Shown here piece by piece: positions 21,973 through 36,316 of a stretch of DNA of 64,000 nt (within the stretch, counting starts at the first letter, position 1; every line of letters begins with the position of its first letter). Position numbers and translations under genes: made by a program. The stretch is taken from assembly GCA_036785375.1 (NCBI GenBank), contig JAWMAR010000820.1:496001-560000 (forward strand), written 5' to 3'. This DNA is from Leucoraja ocellata (lineage: Eukaryota). Under the pieces are notes generated by a model. That model ran no database searches and was not told where the DNA came from. It saw only the letters and a program-made list of their open reading frames with translations.

Positions 21973-23601
21973 GTTTGTGTTGCTTCTGCCATTGTGGCTA
22001 TCCACACAACATTGTTTGTGAGCGTAGATATTTTGCAGAGGCAACACCTATCATCCAGGTTGGACTATAAGGGGAGGGTAAAACTGCCATCAAGTTTGTT
22101 ACTCGAGGTTAGTAATAAATTATCGCATGTAAAAGCTGAAAAGTAATTTAAAACTGTCCTCCCTCCACCACCCAATATTAGACTACAGAACTCAAATGAA
22201 TAATGATGCAACATATGATATTAATAATGATGGTAATAATAATAACTGATCATTTGTACTGGACTTCTTGAGCAATGTAATGATGCAGCAAAAACTGGAT
22301 TGTCAGCATGAACCACAGAGAACATATTACTTGAGGAGTAACTATTCCGTTCCCTGGTTTAAAGGAAGAAAAACCTATCAATTGTAAATGAGCATTAAAA
22401 TAAATTGTCACAGCTTGTTGGAAAACATATAACTTGCTCAATTGCTTTTATTCAATAGCGTAATCTCATTATTTATAGAGGTATTTGTGGTATGACGCTG
22501 TAACTGTGGGCTCCTGGTACGACCACCAGATGACCTTAAACTCCCTTCCATTGAGCTGTTAGTTAAGCCTGGTAAAAACTGAATGGGATCCAAGACATTT
22601 AATAGTGAAATCCTTGAATTACTCCCAATGCACAGAAGCTATTAAAATAAAGCAGTCAAACGAAGACTGTCTATACTTTTGAAATATGAGGATAGAATTA
22701 AAATATGATTAGAAGATTATCTAATATTTCCCTTGCAGAAAGCACAATTCTGAATGAGTCAAGCAATACATAGTCAGTTAGGACCACAGCAGCAGACTTT
22801 GCCTTGATTTGATATATGCATTTAGTTAAATATACTGCCTTTTATTGATGAAAATGCATTTGAATCCATTAAACAATTGTATCTTCATGAAGCAGCATAC
22901 TAAACAACAGTGTCTCTTGCACTATTTTATTTGCACTGTCAGACAAAACTGAGAAACTAGAACACAACGTTCAATGTAGTTAGGTACAGTGAGAATTAAA
23001 CATATTATTCAATGATCGCTTTCCTCCTCAAAAGTGATAAATATGCTGCAAATTAAATGCATGGGCAATTTCCATCATTCCAATGCTTCTGGTGGCATGA
23101 TGGCAAGCTGTATTTTTTTTTTTATCAGTCTGAGACTGGGCATACCACAGTACCTTCAACTAGTTAAGCGAAAAAGTCACCTTTAAACATCTGGAAGAGG
23201 AATTTTCAACAAAAATAAAGAACAGCATTGAGCGATTACTTTAGTGATTGATATATTTTAATCATGAGGAAAGTTCCTATTCGTGCCTCCCTATTGAGGT
23301 AGATATGTTGGGAAATGTATTCTGCACACTTACAAGTAATGACTAAGTTCTCTTGCTGAAAACCCTCAGTGGTACATACTGTGTTAAAATGCTAATAAAA
23401 GGGAATAATTAATGATTTTTATTTTGGGATGGACTTTGAAATCTTTGGATTTTCAGCATTAAAAGCTGTTTAATGTTAAATTGAAATTCCCAAATAAAAA
23501 CATTTTGGGCTATGTCTCTACAGAATTAGGAAGTTTGGAACAGTCAGCATCCTTGCTTGTTTGTCAGCAAAAAACAAATAACTATTGATTTTGTTTTTAA
23601 G

Positions 23602-24472
23602 GTAAAATCGGAAATGGACAAGTATCTGACACCGCTAATTCCACCACCTATGACAATTCTGGACCAGAAGAAGTACCGAAGAGAGAGTGCCTCAGTAATA
23701 GATGAGTTCTTTGAGGAGCAGATTACATCACCGTACAGCTTGAATATCAACCTAATTCTGCCTGAAATCACACACCTGAGAACAGGCCTTTACAGATCTT
23801 CAAAACCAGTTCTCCCACAAGTAAAGACAGAACAGGCCACTAACTTCACCCAGTCATGCACATCCAGTACGACAAATGCCCTGCCTGAATTCACCAGTGT
23901 GTTCAATGTGCCACAGTCAGTTCCTGTGAATAATATCTTCATCAAGCAAGAAGCCCCGTCCCCAGATCTACCACTCCCTGTCAGTTCACATCAACCTCAG
24001 ATGTACCAAATGCCAATGAATACAGATGTTGTCAACATGCCTTTGAGCTCTAACCAGTCACTTGGCAACACTACAGTTATTCATAGTCGTAACAGTGTTA
24101 CCATGTCAACGGGCATGGGTAGACCAAACAACCCGTGTTCTCAGTCTTCAATTAAACATTTTCAACCCGTTGTAACCACACCAAATGGCTATGTTGTGCC
24201 AGCCCATTATTATCGGCAACAGACTTCATACTTGCCACCCTCACCACCAAACTCCCAACCTGGCAGCCCAGAAAACCAGCCTGATCTTATCAATACACTC
24301 TCGCCACCACCATCATATGCTGCATCAGTGGCATCAAAGATCCATCATTCACAGATTCATAATCTTCCGACTACTTTGCAGTCCTGCCAATCTAACTTCC
24401 AGCAAGCAAAATACAGTCGACGTAACAACCCTGAGTTGGAGAAGAGACGCATTCATCACTGTGATTTTCCAG
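23602..24472 (+). CDS. KLF5: KLF5/KLF5-like large exon: transactivation region to start of zinc finger 1
   Basis: Acceptor ttttaag|GTA. Translation VKSEMDKYLTP...KKYRRESASVIDEFF...LPEITHLRTGLY...VNNIFIKQE...PPSPP...PPPSYAA...NPELEKRRIHHCDFPG is collinear with human KLF5 exon 2. Donor G|gtgctt at 24473. Confidence 0.97.
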
Positions 24473-26477
24473 GTGCTTATCTCTATAAAAGCTTCCTTTG
24501 CTATAATGTATAGGAGAATGCATATTGTGCCTTTAAATTTGTTGCCATTTCATTTGTTTTCTCTACTTCCTCTTACATTAAAGACATTAATTAAAGCTGA
24601 AATACATTCTTCTGTATGTTGCCCATGTGGCCTTGCTTCAGGAATAAACACATTAAGGTTTGAAAGCTTTTTTTGAGAACACGAATGGACCATTATCTCC
24701 TTTTGAATCTACTTTGCCACTTAGCAAGATGGTGGCTGACAACCTGACACTTTTACCCATATCCCGAACAACATTTCTCATAGAAAATATTTCCAAACTT
24801 TACTCTTGACTGCAATATCTAGACTCTGCCACTTGGTTGTAGGTTCCTCAAATAGCAGACGTAGCCATTCTCCAGCTATCTTAGCAGTTTGTACTCGTGG
24901 TTTGAAGACTTGAATCACCCTGTAATCTAAATCCCAAGAAACACAATTCTAGTTTTTCCAATTTCTTGTCATAATTTAAAGTTTTGAAATTCAGATATCA
25001 TTCTAAAAGCTATTTAGCACTATCTCCAAGATTGGTGTATCTTTCCTAAGTTGTGATGTCCAAAAACTGCAGATAGGACTCCAGAGCTTTAAATAACTCT
25101 AACATAATGTCGCATTTTTGAAAATAGTGTTCTAGTTGCCATTCTATGTATGTTTGTAATTCTCTGCTCCTGTTTTAACCATGCTCAACAACAGATTTGG
25201 TCATTCAATTCAACCATGGTCCAATAAATCATGAATAAATATAACAACTAGCTGAGGCCCCAATACAGGTCCTTGTAAGACACTTTCTGCCAATTAGACA
25301 ATATGCTCTTGTACTCTTTTCACCTGCCTCTCAACTTCCTTTAGGTTATTAACTTTTAATTTTATGACTGCAACTTTGTTGGCTTTCTTACCATAAACTT
25401 TTAAAAGTTGCTTTCATAAAAATAAACCCCCCAAACTGTTTTTGTCATCTTTCAAAGATGTTGGCATATTCCTGTTTGACATTTTAAAAAAAATCATTGT
25501 TACTAGTTTAAGGAGGTGACCCTCTTATCGCCCTCTCTTCCCTAATATTATAAATCATTAATTTAATTTCAATCAGAGTTGCCAGGACCAGTGCTAGTTT
25601 CTGCATTGTTGTTCTTGGTTTATATCAACCTTAACTTTTTGGCTACAGATGGCTTCTTTTGGCAGGTAGAGCTCTTGCCCTTTGTCAATTATAAAGTATT
25701 TTAAACCTACTTGTTTCTTTACACTCAAGTTAGCCAAAAGTTTTTTTTATTTGTACTGGAATCCTAATATGTGCCCTGCTCTGCCAAATTGAAAATCTAT
25801 TCTAATTTTGGACCTATTTAATTATCAACGCAACACCAAAATGCAATCCAAATCATTAAACATTAACTCTTAAAATACTATTAAGCTGATAACTCTTTTT
25901 CAAGCACCTAAAATCCCATCTTAAGGTATTCTTGTAAAAATCACCCTCTATTAACTACAATATCACATTTATTTTCTACCTTTGTTTGGTTACTGCTCAC
26001 TCCTCTGCTCTCATTGACTTCCTCTTGTCAATTCTCTCAAATCTATCCATCACTGTTTTCCATCAGATTAGTTCTGTCCCACTCTCAGCTGGTCAACTTT
26101 TATGTAGAACGGAATACGATGCACACTAAACCAATTGACAGTTGTACCTTTCAGGAGAGGATCATAGTTAGGAGTATGTTATGATGAGTTATTTGCATTT
26201 TTTCAGCAATCTGTGTGCATATAAATTTAATTTAGTCTTTAGGTTGAAGAAATGTAACTGTTTCCTTGACGTGCACAGAGTTTACATTGTCAATGACTTC
26301 AATCATGGCAAGTTTCATGACAATAGTTGTAACTTTGCATGTAACCAGAGCAGCAGTCTGCTTGTCAGTTTACCAGTAGCCAGCTGGTATAACCAGCCAT
26401 TCTCCTTTGAAACAATTTAACAACCCATTCTGAAATAATGAGTTAATCCAGTTGTTATTCATAAATCTTGGACACAC

Positions 26478-27360
26478 ATGAGCACGAAAATAGGAGCAGA
26501 GGTAGGCCAATCAGTCCCTAAAACATGCCCCACCATTCAATGTTATCATGACTGGTCTACCCCTTCCTTCAAATCTTCCCCTATGCTACATCCCAATAAA
26601 CCTCCATATCGAGACATTAAAAAAAAAATGTATCTACCTCTACTTCAAATATTTACAATGAGCTCCACAACGCTCTGGAGCAAAGAATTCGAGAGATTCA
26701 CTACCCTCTATGAGAAGAGATTTCTACACAGCTCTGTTTCAAATAACTGCCCCCTTATCTTTAAACTGTTTTATCATTTGAGATGATGAAATTATCTCAT
26801 TATCTCAACAACTATCCTGCCATGCCTCCTTGGGCTCTTTTGTGTTTCAAAAAGATTATCCTTTATTCTTCCTATAATAAAGGCACAGCCCTTTTGGCCT
26901 CTCTCCTTTGAATAATCTTTTTTTCCCTGGAATTAGTTTGGAATCTATTGACTGCTTAGAAATACAGCTATATCCTTTCTTTGGTATGGGGACCAAAGTA
27001 ATCCTCAATTTCAACTTTCCAAGTGTGACTTTACCAACACTCTATATAGATGTAATAAAATTAGCCTATTTTTAAACAAACGTCTACAATAAGGGCAATT
27101 TGCTATGGTAACCACCTTGTTGCATCTACCTGATAATATTTTGTAATTCATGCACAGGAACGTCCAAATCATTTACACCCCTTTTCCTCTTGGATAATAA
27201 TCTGCTTTTAACTCCTCTTGCTGAACTTCATGATCTTGCACTTTCCACATTAAACTCCATTTGCCAAATTTTGAACCACTCATACAATATATCCACATCC
27301 CATTGTTGATTCACAATATCCTGATCACAATTTTCCCTTCCTTATTTTTGGTGAACAGTT
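26478..27360 (-). mobile_element. Old CR1-type LINE 3' fragment
   Basis: aaataggagcagaggtaggcca tail, ctccacaacgctctggagcaaagaattc, and cactttccacattaaactccatttgcca (WQMEFNV on the minus strand). Confidence 0.65.
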
Positions 27361-28116
27361 AGATTGCTATGTTATTTTCCCTTAGAAACAAGTATTGATA
27401 CGTTTGTAATAATGTTATTTGTCATAAAAAGTGAATTTTGTCAGTCACTAATTTGCTTCAATGTTTTGAAAGTCAGATTTCTCACAAGTGAAGCAGTATA
27501 GCGCAAAATGTATATCAATCTGGGGTGAATCTTTAGATGGGGTTTATCTACGTGTCTGTCGTGGCTTTGGTGGAAGGCCTATAGAAAATCCAGCAAAATG
27601 GCGTCAACATTAGTTTTGAGATTTCCACAGTTCCGATACTGAAGTCACCAGCAGACCTATGCTAAATTTCTTCCAGAGATTCTGTATTTTTGGGCAATAT
27701 TCACAAATTTATAACGCTAGAAAGTTTATCGTACTCAAATGGTTTGTTAAGAGCAGATAAGCAGCCTGTTGTCAGATTTATTTTTGCCTGGAGTTTCTCA
27801 GTAATACATAAGAGCCAATCTGATCTGTTCTTAAATCCAGATATGCATCGCAATTTGTAAACAATTGTAAAAAGCTCAAATGTACACACATAAAGAGGCA
27901 CTTTTTAATTCAAACAAGAAGTACTGATCCCACAGGTTTTTAATGATCTGGAAATTAATACCTTAGGTCCTTGAAGTGACTGTTTTAAGCAGTTCAAAAA
28001 CTCTCCGCTCCATTTTTGAGGTTACTCATCAAACTAAAATGAATACATTTAGGACTTTTTTCAGCATCCAGGATGGGAAATCAGAAATGTTCTTACATTT
28101 TAAATTATTTTTGCAG

Positions 28117-28176
28117 GTTGTGCTAAAGTTTACACCAAGAGTTCTCATTTGAAAGCCCATCAAAGAACCCACACAG
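28117..28176 (+). CDS. KLF5: KLF5/KLF5-like 60-nt exon: zinc finger 1 ([19 protein letters not shown])
   Basis: Acceptor tttttgcag|, donor ACAG|gtattc. Phase 1-1. Canonical KLF ZF1 sequence. Confidence 0.97.
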
Positions 28177-29904
28177 GTATTCTGTTTTGCTTGGCTATCA
28201 TATAGCAGTGTCCACAATTAATGTATTTATTCCAGCAAAATGAGTGTGCACGATGTAATAAATCAGATCGAGACACTCAGTGTTTAAGAATGTGTTCACG
28301 AAAATACATCAACGCTCAGAATTTTACAAGATAATTCCTTGCTATTTCCACATTTAAATTGCTAAGCATTTAGTATTTCAGCACTTTTTACTACTAGCCT
28401 GTGTAACCAATAGAATCAGAGAACTGCAGTAATAAATAAGAATATGAAACATTTGACTGTGAATAATTTAACATGTTAGAACATGCTCTAGCAAATTTTG
28501 GCATAAACCTGATGGGTCAAATTGCCAATTAGTCTGCTGTAAACTCTCATACTTTAATACAGAATGCATCTTATTGAGTCTTTTTGGTAGCCAATTTTGC
28601 CGCATAATCAAAAATAAGGTAACACATACAGGCACTCAATTCCAATATCCCTTTCTAACACTGGGATTATCTCCAGTATAAAGTGTAAGTAAAACATTGG
28701 ATATCTAATTTGGCTGAATTTAGATCTTGATCGTATTCTGTCCTTTTAATACCATGGTATAACTCTGCACAATGACTCTTATTTGTTTTCCTAGTCTGTT
28801 AAAATATATATATATTGTCACTTCTGATCAATTTAGATCTCAGACCCAGTTTGCTGGTCACAGTAGAGAAGTGTGTCAGCTGTCTGACCATTGATTCAAC
28901 AGCACGAAAAAGCTGAAAATGAAATAAATATTCTATAAAAACGGATCTTGGAATTCTATTATAATCCATATAAAATTCCAATGGTTTGTATTATCAGGCA
29001 GGGAATATAAGATTCATCATTTAACACAATTAGACTATTTGGAAGTACAATTTACCTTCTTATCAAAAGACTAGCTAAATAATTCCTCTGTTCACTATTT
29101 GTAGGATACTTGAAACCTGAAACTGTTCTTTCTACTTCTCTTTGGAAATCCATCTTGAATAGTAATCAAGAAATAAAATGGCCATTTTTATATTGTTTTA
29201 TATGCTGCAAAAGTAAATTGCTCATTTAGAAAATAATATCTGAAGAGGATACCCATGATTTTAACTGTGTGGCACCTGTTTAGAAAATCAGGTCAATTAA
29301 TATACTTATCATTCAAGTTATAATTCAAACGTAGCTGATGAAGCAAAGTACCTGAATATTTAATATTCCATTGAATGTACATAAAACACATAGCTCTGGT
29401 TTTCATTACGAAATTTTCATTAGTGCCTGATATTGTATATGAATTTAACAAAGCAATTCTTCACCTCGTGTATGCATCCGTATTCACCAGTAGGAAATTA
29501 GCTACAAAGTTACAAGCACTTAACGTATTTGTCTGAAACTTTTGTACTCTGCTGTTTTAACAGAGGCACTAACCCATTTATTTTAATCTTGCCTTTGTTT
29601 CCCACTGCAGTCTTTTAGGACCATATTGTAACAATCCTTTAGTGTTACATGTTTTTAGAAACCAAGGAGAACTGCCTGTGGCACAGCAGATTTTCTAAAC
29701 AAATGGCATTTGGCTGATGGATCTAGATATCATATTGCTTAAAGCAGATTGAATTAACTAGTGTACTTAGCTATGTAATTCTGAATTCTGGACAAGTTCC
29801 CTTGTTCGTTCTAATCTCCAAATTCTTTGTCTTTTGCATTTTTCCTTTTCATTGCATGTTTGACTTTTTTTACCTGGCTTTTAAAACATTTGACTCTTAG
29901 TTAC

Positions 29905-31288
29905 TGTAATGAATCAACTCGAAAATACATCAAGATACAACACAAAATCGCCATATCTAACGGGTGGCCTGCAAACCCGTCCGGCACGTGTGCGGTTCGA
30001 GTCCGCCTCACCTCCTTTCACTTGAGAAGATACCGGGGAGGGAAATGGGGAAACGACCGGCGACCCGACAAGCAGAGAGGGTGACGAGATAGGCGAGCTA
30101 GACGTCAAACGCCGTGGGGAAACGATAGGTGGCAGTGGGGACGCGGGACTGACTGTGGGAGGGTAAACAAAACGCGAGACATCTGGATATGGAGTCGGAG
30201 TGCTGCTGGGACCACTGCTTTGTGGCCCTTGACAATAATTCCGTCCTGTAATACTAGTTCGTCGCAAACCAGGAAGTATGGGCGGATTTCGAGCCGGGTG
30301 TTGTGTTGTTTGTCTGGCCAGCCGCACCAGACAGCAATTGTAAAGTCTCATCAGCAGCCGTGTGTTCTGCTAGGCTGCTCAAACAATCAGTTGGCACAAA
30401 CAAAACCTTCATTACTGAGAATTGGACCTGTTCAGAGAGTTGTTGTTCTTTAGTTTTGCGCGGGGCTCTGGATAGGTGTCGGCTATGAACATGTCTGCCT
30501 TTCTTATAGACGATGATGAAATCAAACCGTTGCAGTTGCATCATCATTCGCTGTAGTCGTGCTGGGGCAGCGTGGATGGGTTTGTTCAGAATGGTGACCA
30601 GCGGCTGGTGGTCAGTCTCAATAGTCACAGACTTACCAAAGATAATGTCCTTGAATTTAGTGCAGGTGAAAACCACTGCGAGCCGTTCCTTTTCGATATG
30701 AGCGTAACGCTGTTCAGTGTCAGTTAGCGTACGGGAGGCATACGAAACGTGCTTGAAATCTCCATCGGTAGTGGTCTGCAGGCACGCTGCGCCTAGCCCG
30801 TACTGGGACGCATCGCAGGTGAGCGTTACTGGTAACTCCAAGGCAGTAGAGAGGCACACACCTCGGGCGGGGGGGGGGGTCATTGCGATGAACGATGCGA
30901 GCATAATGAATGTAGTCACGCTCGAAAAGATGCCAAGGTTTAGCAATGTCCGAACCGAAGATCAGAGGATTTGGACGGCGACACGAATTTGCCATGATGG
31001 AGATGATAAATACACAAAATAATCAAAAGAAAATAAAACCCGATAAACATGAGCGGAGTGGGCAAGATCCACTCTCTGACACCATGTAATGAGTCAACTC
31101 AAACACGCATCAAGATACAACACATGTTTATTAAATCTACTTATAGCAAGGATCTGCAGACATTACATGTCCAAGCTGCTACTCAAACTAACTAGCATAA
31201 GCAAGCCCTTGATAATATGAAGCACATAATAGGTGGAGTCACTACTAACAAACACTATAATTGGCTAATATAAAATAGCCAATCTACA
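29905..31288 (-). mobile_element. Internally deleted Ty3/Gypsy LTR retrotransposon
   Basis: TSD GTTAC at 29900-29904 and 31289-31293. TG...CA LTR at 31085-31288. PBS at 31066-31084. Gag start at 30995. RNase H-like CDASQYGLGA..YASRTL..RYAHIEKE..ETDHQPL (ORF 30254-30946). Pol C-terminus TRAGRVCRPPVRYGDFV. Confidence 0.92.
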
Positions 31289-32269
31289 GTTACCATAGTC
31301 TTTCCGTCCTCTTTCATGTGTTTAAAGGTCCGAGCCAAACATGATCATACCTCGTCTGATTTCCCAAATGCACTTTGTTCTGTGTTGCTGATGTCCAGGA
31401 TTATCTGCCCTGTCCCATTCCCTGATATTTAACAATAAAAATAGCTGAGAGAATGTGTAATGAAATGCCAAGGAAATGGGTATCAGAAGATAAGTTTACT
31501 GCCAATATCTCAATCAATATTACAGTAAACAAGGATATCCAGTGTTTAATGGAAATTGTCATACAGTCATTTAAAATTGGGTCAATAACCATTCAACGGT
31601 CAAGGCAAGATGACATTCTTCCTATTGTTATACAAGCCAAGAGTCAGTTCTGGCTGTGCCAAAAGATTTTTCATAAATCATATTTGTAACTTCATAGTTT
31701 TATGCTGGAGTGTTTTTATTAGCATTAAGGCACAACACATAATCCTTTGACCGCATCCGCCTTCTGAGTCTTCACATGTCCTAGCTTGCTCTCCAATGCT
31801 AGATAAACAAGGCCACCCACGTAAACACCATTCAAATCCTAACAAGCATGACTGACAAGCAGATCTTAGAAAAAGCTTTTTAAACATAATTTCATTGCAT
31901 TATATCTTTGATTTGATTTTTTGGCATTTGGACATCAAAATATAGATAATATAAATGTGGATATTGGGTGGAAAGCAATTTGCTAAATAAACATATCAAT
32001 ATATTTGAAGATTCCTTAAGAAATAACTATCGTTGGAGGCTAGAAAAATTGAAAGGTGCTACATTCATGGAGAAATGCATAATGTAGTAAAAATGTATTT
32101 AAAAAAAAAAAAAAAGTTCTGTAAGGATATGCAAACAGAAATGTAGAAGGTATGTGTTAAATGTGTGTGGGCCTATATTTCTGTATGTCCTCATACTTGC
32201 TGCATTAATGTTTGGGGGCATCAATGAGTTCATTTCTCGCTCTTCTAAACTCGAGACAGTATGTGTTCA

Positions 32270-32543
32270 GTTAGTTTAGTTTAGCGATACAGTGCGGAAA
32301 CAGGACCTTTGTCCCCGCACATTAACACTATCCTACACACACTAGGGACAATTTTACATTTATACCAAGCCAATTAACCTACAAACCTGTATGAGTGCGG
32401 GAAGAAACTGAAGATCTTGGAGAAAATTCACGGGGAGAATGTACAAACTCCATGCAGACAGAACCCATAGTCAGGATCAAACCATGGTCACTGGTGCTGT
32501 AAGCACTGTAAGGCAGCAACTCTACCGCTGCACCACCGTGCCA
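32270..32543 (-). mobile_element. HE1-like SINE inserted in an older CR1 fragment (about 32220-32970)
   Basis: Reverse complement of the 19983 and 21673 SINEs with a (ctaaa)n tail. Flanks carry decayed CR1 phrases. Confidence 0.8.
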
Positions 32544-35500
32544 CTCTAAGTTTACTTAACTTCTCTTTGTGCAACAAATGCACCATCCCTGAATCAATAT
32601 GGTGATCCTTTACTGTAATTCTACATTTACAAGCATATCATTTCTTGGGTAGGACAAATAAACCTGTGCAAATTACCCCAGATTCACCAAGGTAAACTCT
32701 ATTTAGAGCAAGACGTCTTTACTTTGGTACTCAAATCCTTTTGCAATAAAGACCAACATACCATTTGCCTATCACAATGCTTGCTGTACCTGCACATTAA
32801 CCTTCAGGAAACTTGGGTTCCTGTGAATGACAACACTTTTCAATCTCTCATCATTTCAAAACTACTGTCTGTTTCTGTACCAAAGAAAGTCTGTACCAAA
32901 GTGAATGATGTTGCACTCTTTTGCACAGTTTCCTACTGCCATTCGCATAACTCTGCATTCCCCTGAAATAGAGGTCTAATTTTCCACTACAGCACAGAAG
33001 TTGTATGGTAATGTGCATTTTCCAGCGAGCCACAGTATTCAAAGGGGCTTTGACAATATTTCTGCATTCCAGAAACCATATTTCCACAGATTAGTAAAAT
33101 CAGATTAACCGCACATTGACTGTCATCCTCTCTCAGGCTATCAACATTAATAATCCTACTCTACTGCTTCACAAAGGTCCTTGCAATTGTTCAATTGATC
33201 CATAACATAACCACCCATTACATGATAGTACGATCAAAACTTGACTACCGAAGCTGAGAGCTGCTTGATATTGACATCTGCAATCATTTCCCCTGCATTT
33301 CATCAATTTGACTGCAGCCATTGGGGGAATACTGTCTCGGAGTAGGAAAACAAGAAAAGCCTTTAAGGCTATCCACTAATACTCATTTGATATTTATAAG
33401 CATTTGATCAGGACTGAATATATAAATATAATTTGGAACATTGTTAGGTTCTTGGATGGGTGTCAGATGCTAAGATAAGCATCTGCAGAAGGGAAATCAA
33501 ATGATAACTGTGGTGAGAATCTTTTTTGTAGTTATCTTTATTCACTCCTGGTGTGAGTTTCTGTCATGGACCAGTGTTTTCTGTTTGTCCCTCGTTGTCA
33601 TTGAAAAGGGAGTAATGGGTTGCCTTCTTGATGTGCTGCAGCGGTTGTGACAAAGGTTAATTTTGTAAATCCTGACAGGCAACAAGGAATAAAAGCAAGG
33701 ATATTTTTCTAAGCCAGGAACATGGGTGTATGCTTTGTCAATGACATGTGCCATAGACAAAGTTGCTGCAAAAGATGATGTACCCATGTAATTATTGTCC
33801 TTTTCCTCTTGGCAGAGGGCATGGACTTTCAGATGTTGCCTTAAAAGCCTAGCAAAGTATTTGTTGGTGCTGTGTGGAATGTTTGAGGAGTTTAATGAGG
33901 ATACCAATCAGAAAGATTACTTTTTCCTGGATTATATCAAATCACTGCATGTATAATGGAAGTGTTACCGCTCTAATTCCATTAGCTACAAAACACGTCA
34001 TGTTAAAACTGTTGTGAATTGCAAGTGGAATTCCAAACAGATTGTCACATGTTGAGTAAATTGAAACTGCGTCAAGTAGCTCAGTGTGGTGAACCCTCTC
34101 TTTTCTGATACCTTGCTGTATGTTACACTGAAGGCATGACCAGGAGTCACTAATCAAATTGGAAAGGTAAATCCAGAAACTAACCATGATTTGTTCCTGT
34201 TCGCTGTCACATCCATATGTACAGCCAGTCAAGTAAAAAGGCAAGAATAATGAATCAACTCATCCACCATGTCAATTTGCATTCCTTGTACTTCGATTTT
34301 GAATGCCCTGCTGCCATTTCTGAGATTATTTTTTGGTCTTGGGTGCAAATGATGTCTACCAAGCAATATTTATTGCACATCTGCATTTGCCCTAAATTAA
34401 AATGATGGTGGTGTTGGTGATAAGCCTTTTTGAACCTTATCCGTCCATTTGGCAAAGCTAATCCCAGTTTTTGTTTTTTTTTAGCCAGGACCATTGACCA
34501 GCAATGATGACTACATGTTAAACATCAGCAGCAAAATGTAGGCCAGTATAGCATTTCAGTCAGGCTGGCAAATTAATTATTGTACCATCATACTTCAGTT
34601 CAAATAAGTAACATGCAGGACAAAAGAAGAAACTGTCTTGACTTCATGTACGGCATCACTAAACTGTCTAGGCTTTACAGTACTGGTTAAAGTCGGGATG
34701 CATTTGTGGCAAACAATGTATTACTTGGAGTTGATTTAAACAACCAGTTTCGGGTTGCAGTTTCAGTCCTGGAGTAATAATCACGTCCCCTTTCGTCTGA
34801 TGCCAATATCTCATACCATGTAAGACAAACTGGCAGGCCTCACTTTAAAATGTCCTACAGGTTTATTTTAATTAAAACAGTAAATACCACCTGACAATCA
34901 GACCAGAACTCACTTCTTCAGTGTGCTGTTGAAATTTGTGTCGGAAACCTGCTAAACCAGATTTCATTTTGCCTCATTCATGTTATTTCAGGCAATGCTG
35001 CAATGTCAGTGAACTGTTGACACTGAAGTAACAGAAGTGGTTGCGCTTTGTGGAAACCCCAACTCGCCTGGGAATAGAGGCACTGATTACCTCACGTTTT
35101 ATTCTGTTTTTACCTGTTCTCAGTGTGCTGCTTTCTTTTCGTACATGGTCAAAACAGAAATGTTGGTTGAAAAATAGATCTCCAACTATCGGGCAATTTA
35201 ATGAACTATTGACGCATTGAGTATAAATTACTTTCACAATGCCTCGGATTCCAGTCTGATAATCTCTCATAAATAAATAGAAAGTGGAAAACCTTAAGGG
35301 AGTAACATTGCAGTAAACATAGAAAAACACCTTACTTTTGCAATTGTAGTGGGGAGTGAGTAGTTGAAGGGAAAGAAAATACCTCTTTGGAAACTTTAGA
35401 TGTTCACAATTTCCATTGATCACACAGTGTTCTGTTTGTTGTAAAACATAGTGAAATGAGAGATGTTAATGGGAAGAATTCCTGCACAGTTAACCCTGAA

Positions 35501-36316
35501 TACAAACTTTGAGAACGAGACTTACAGACATGAGTTTATACCTTTGGAATTAGGAAGTCGCCTCTCATGTAACATCTCACAGATAAATTAAAGCAAACAT
35601 AGGGAACATTGGAAGTATGCACAAAATCAGTCGGCATCTGTGGTGCAAAAGGATGCATTTTGATTTATTTTCTACATAAATTAAATATAAAAGTTGGAGA
35701 AAACTGGTGGAGTACATGTGCACAGGAAAAAACAGTCTGAAGAGAAGTGTGTAATTTCTCACCTCGGGCAATTAATAAATGGATGCAGTAAGAAATTAAT
35801 AAAAAACAAAGGCTCGTTTGGCGAAACCTACAATTTTATAGGGTACAATGAGTACTTTATCTGCCCAGTTTGCTTTTCATTAAAGAAAATGCATAAAACT
35901 TAATCAGCATTAAATTCACAATTAGTTGTTGACTCAGACTGCAAAAATAAATATTGAGTACAATACATTAACATTTAAAATTAAACAAATAAATGGACTT
36001 TTAAAGGAAAATCTAGGTGTTGAACCTAGCCTTTCTCTTTGCAGCTGCTGGGAGATTTGGTGAATTTAGTTTCTAATCAAATGGAAGTTATTTTGATGAA
36101 GTCATGAGTAGGCATGCTAATTTAAAACTGCTTTAAACCTGCTGCCTTTTACCTGAGACTAACTGAGTTTACCAAGAATAAAAAGTGGTTGAAACAAAGA
36201 ACTTCAGGTTTAATATTGAAGTGGTGTGCAGAATTGGGGTATAGTTTTCCTTTGCATATCATTTCTTCTGAAGATGTGTAGTGTACTACCTGGTTTGCAA
36301 CAGGATACCGAGTTGG

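Noticed and set aside
22519-22537. CTCF-like motif GACCACCAGATGACC
   Set aside because: The 3' half deviates from consensus, and a single weak match in 64 kb is expected by chance.
23557-23601. N-terminal extension of the 318-aa ORF (MFVSKKQ...)
   Set aside because: It starts at TTG within intron sequence. KLF5 similarity begins after the AG at 23600-23601.
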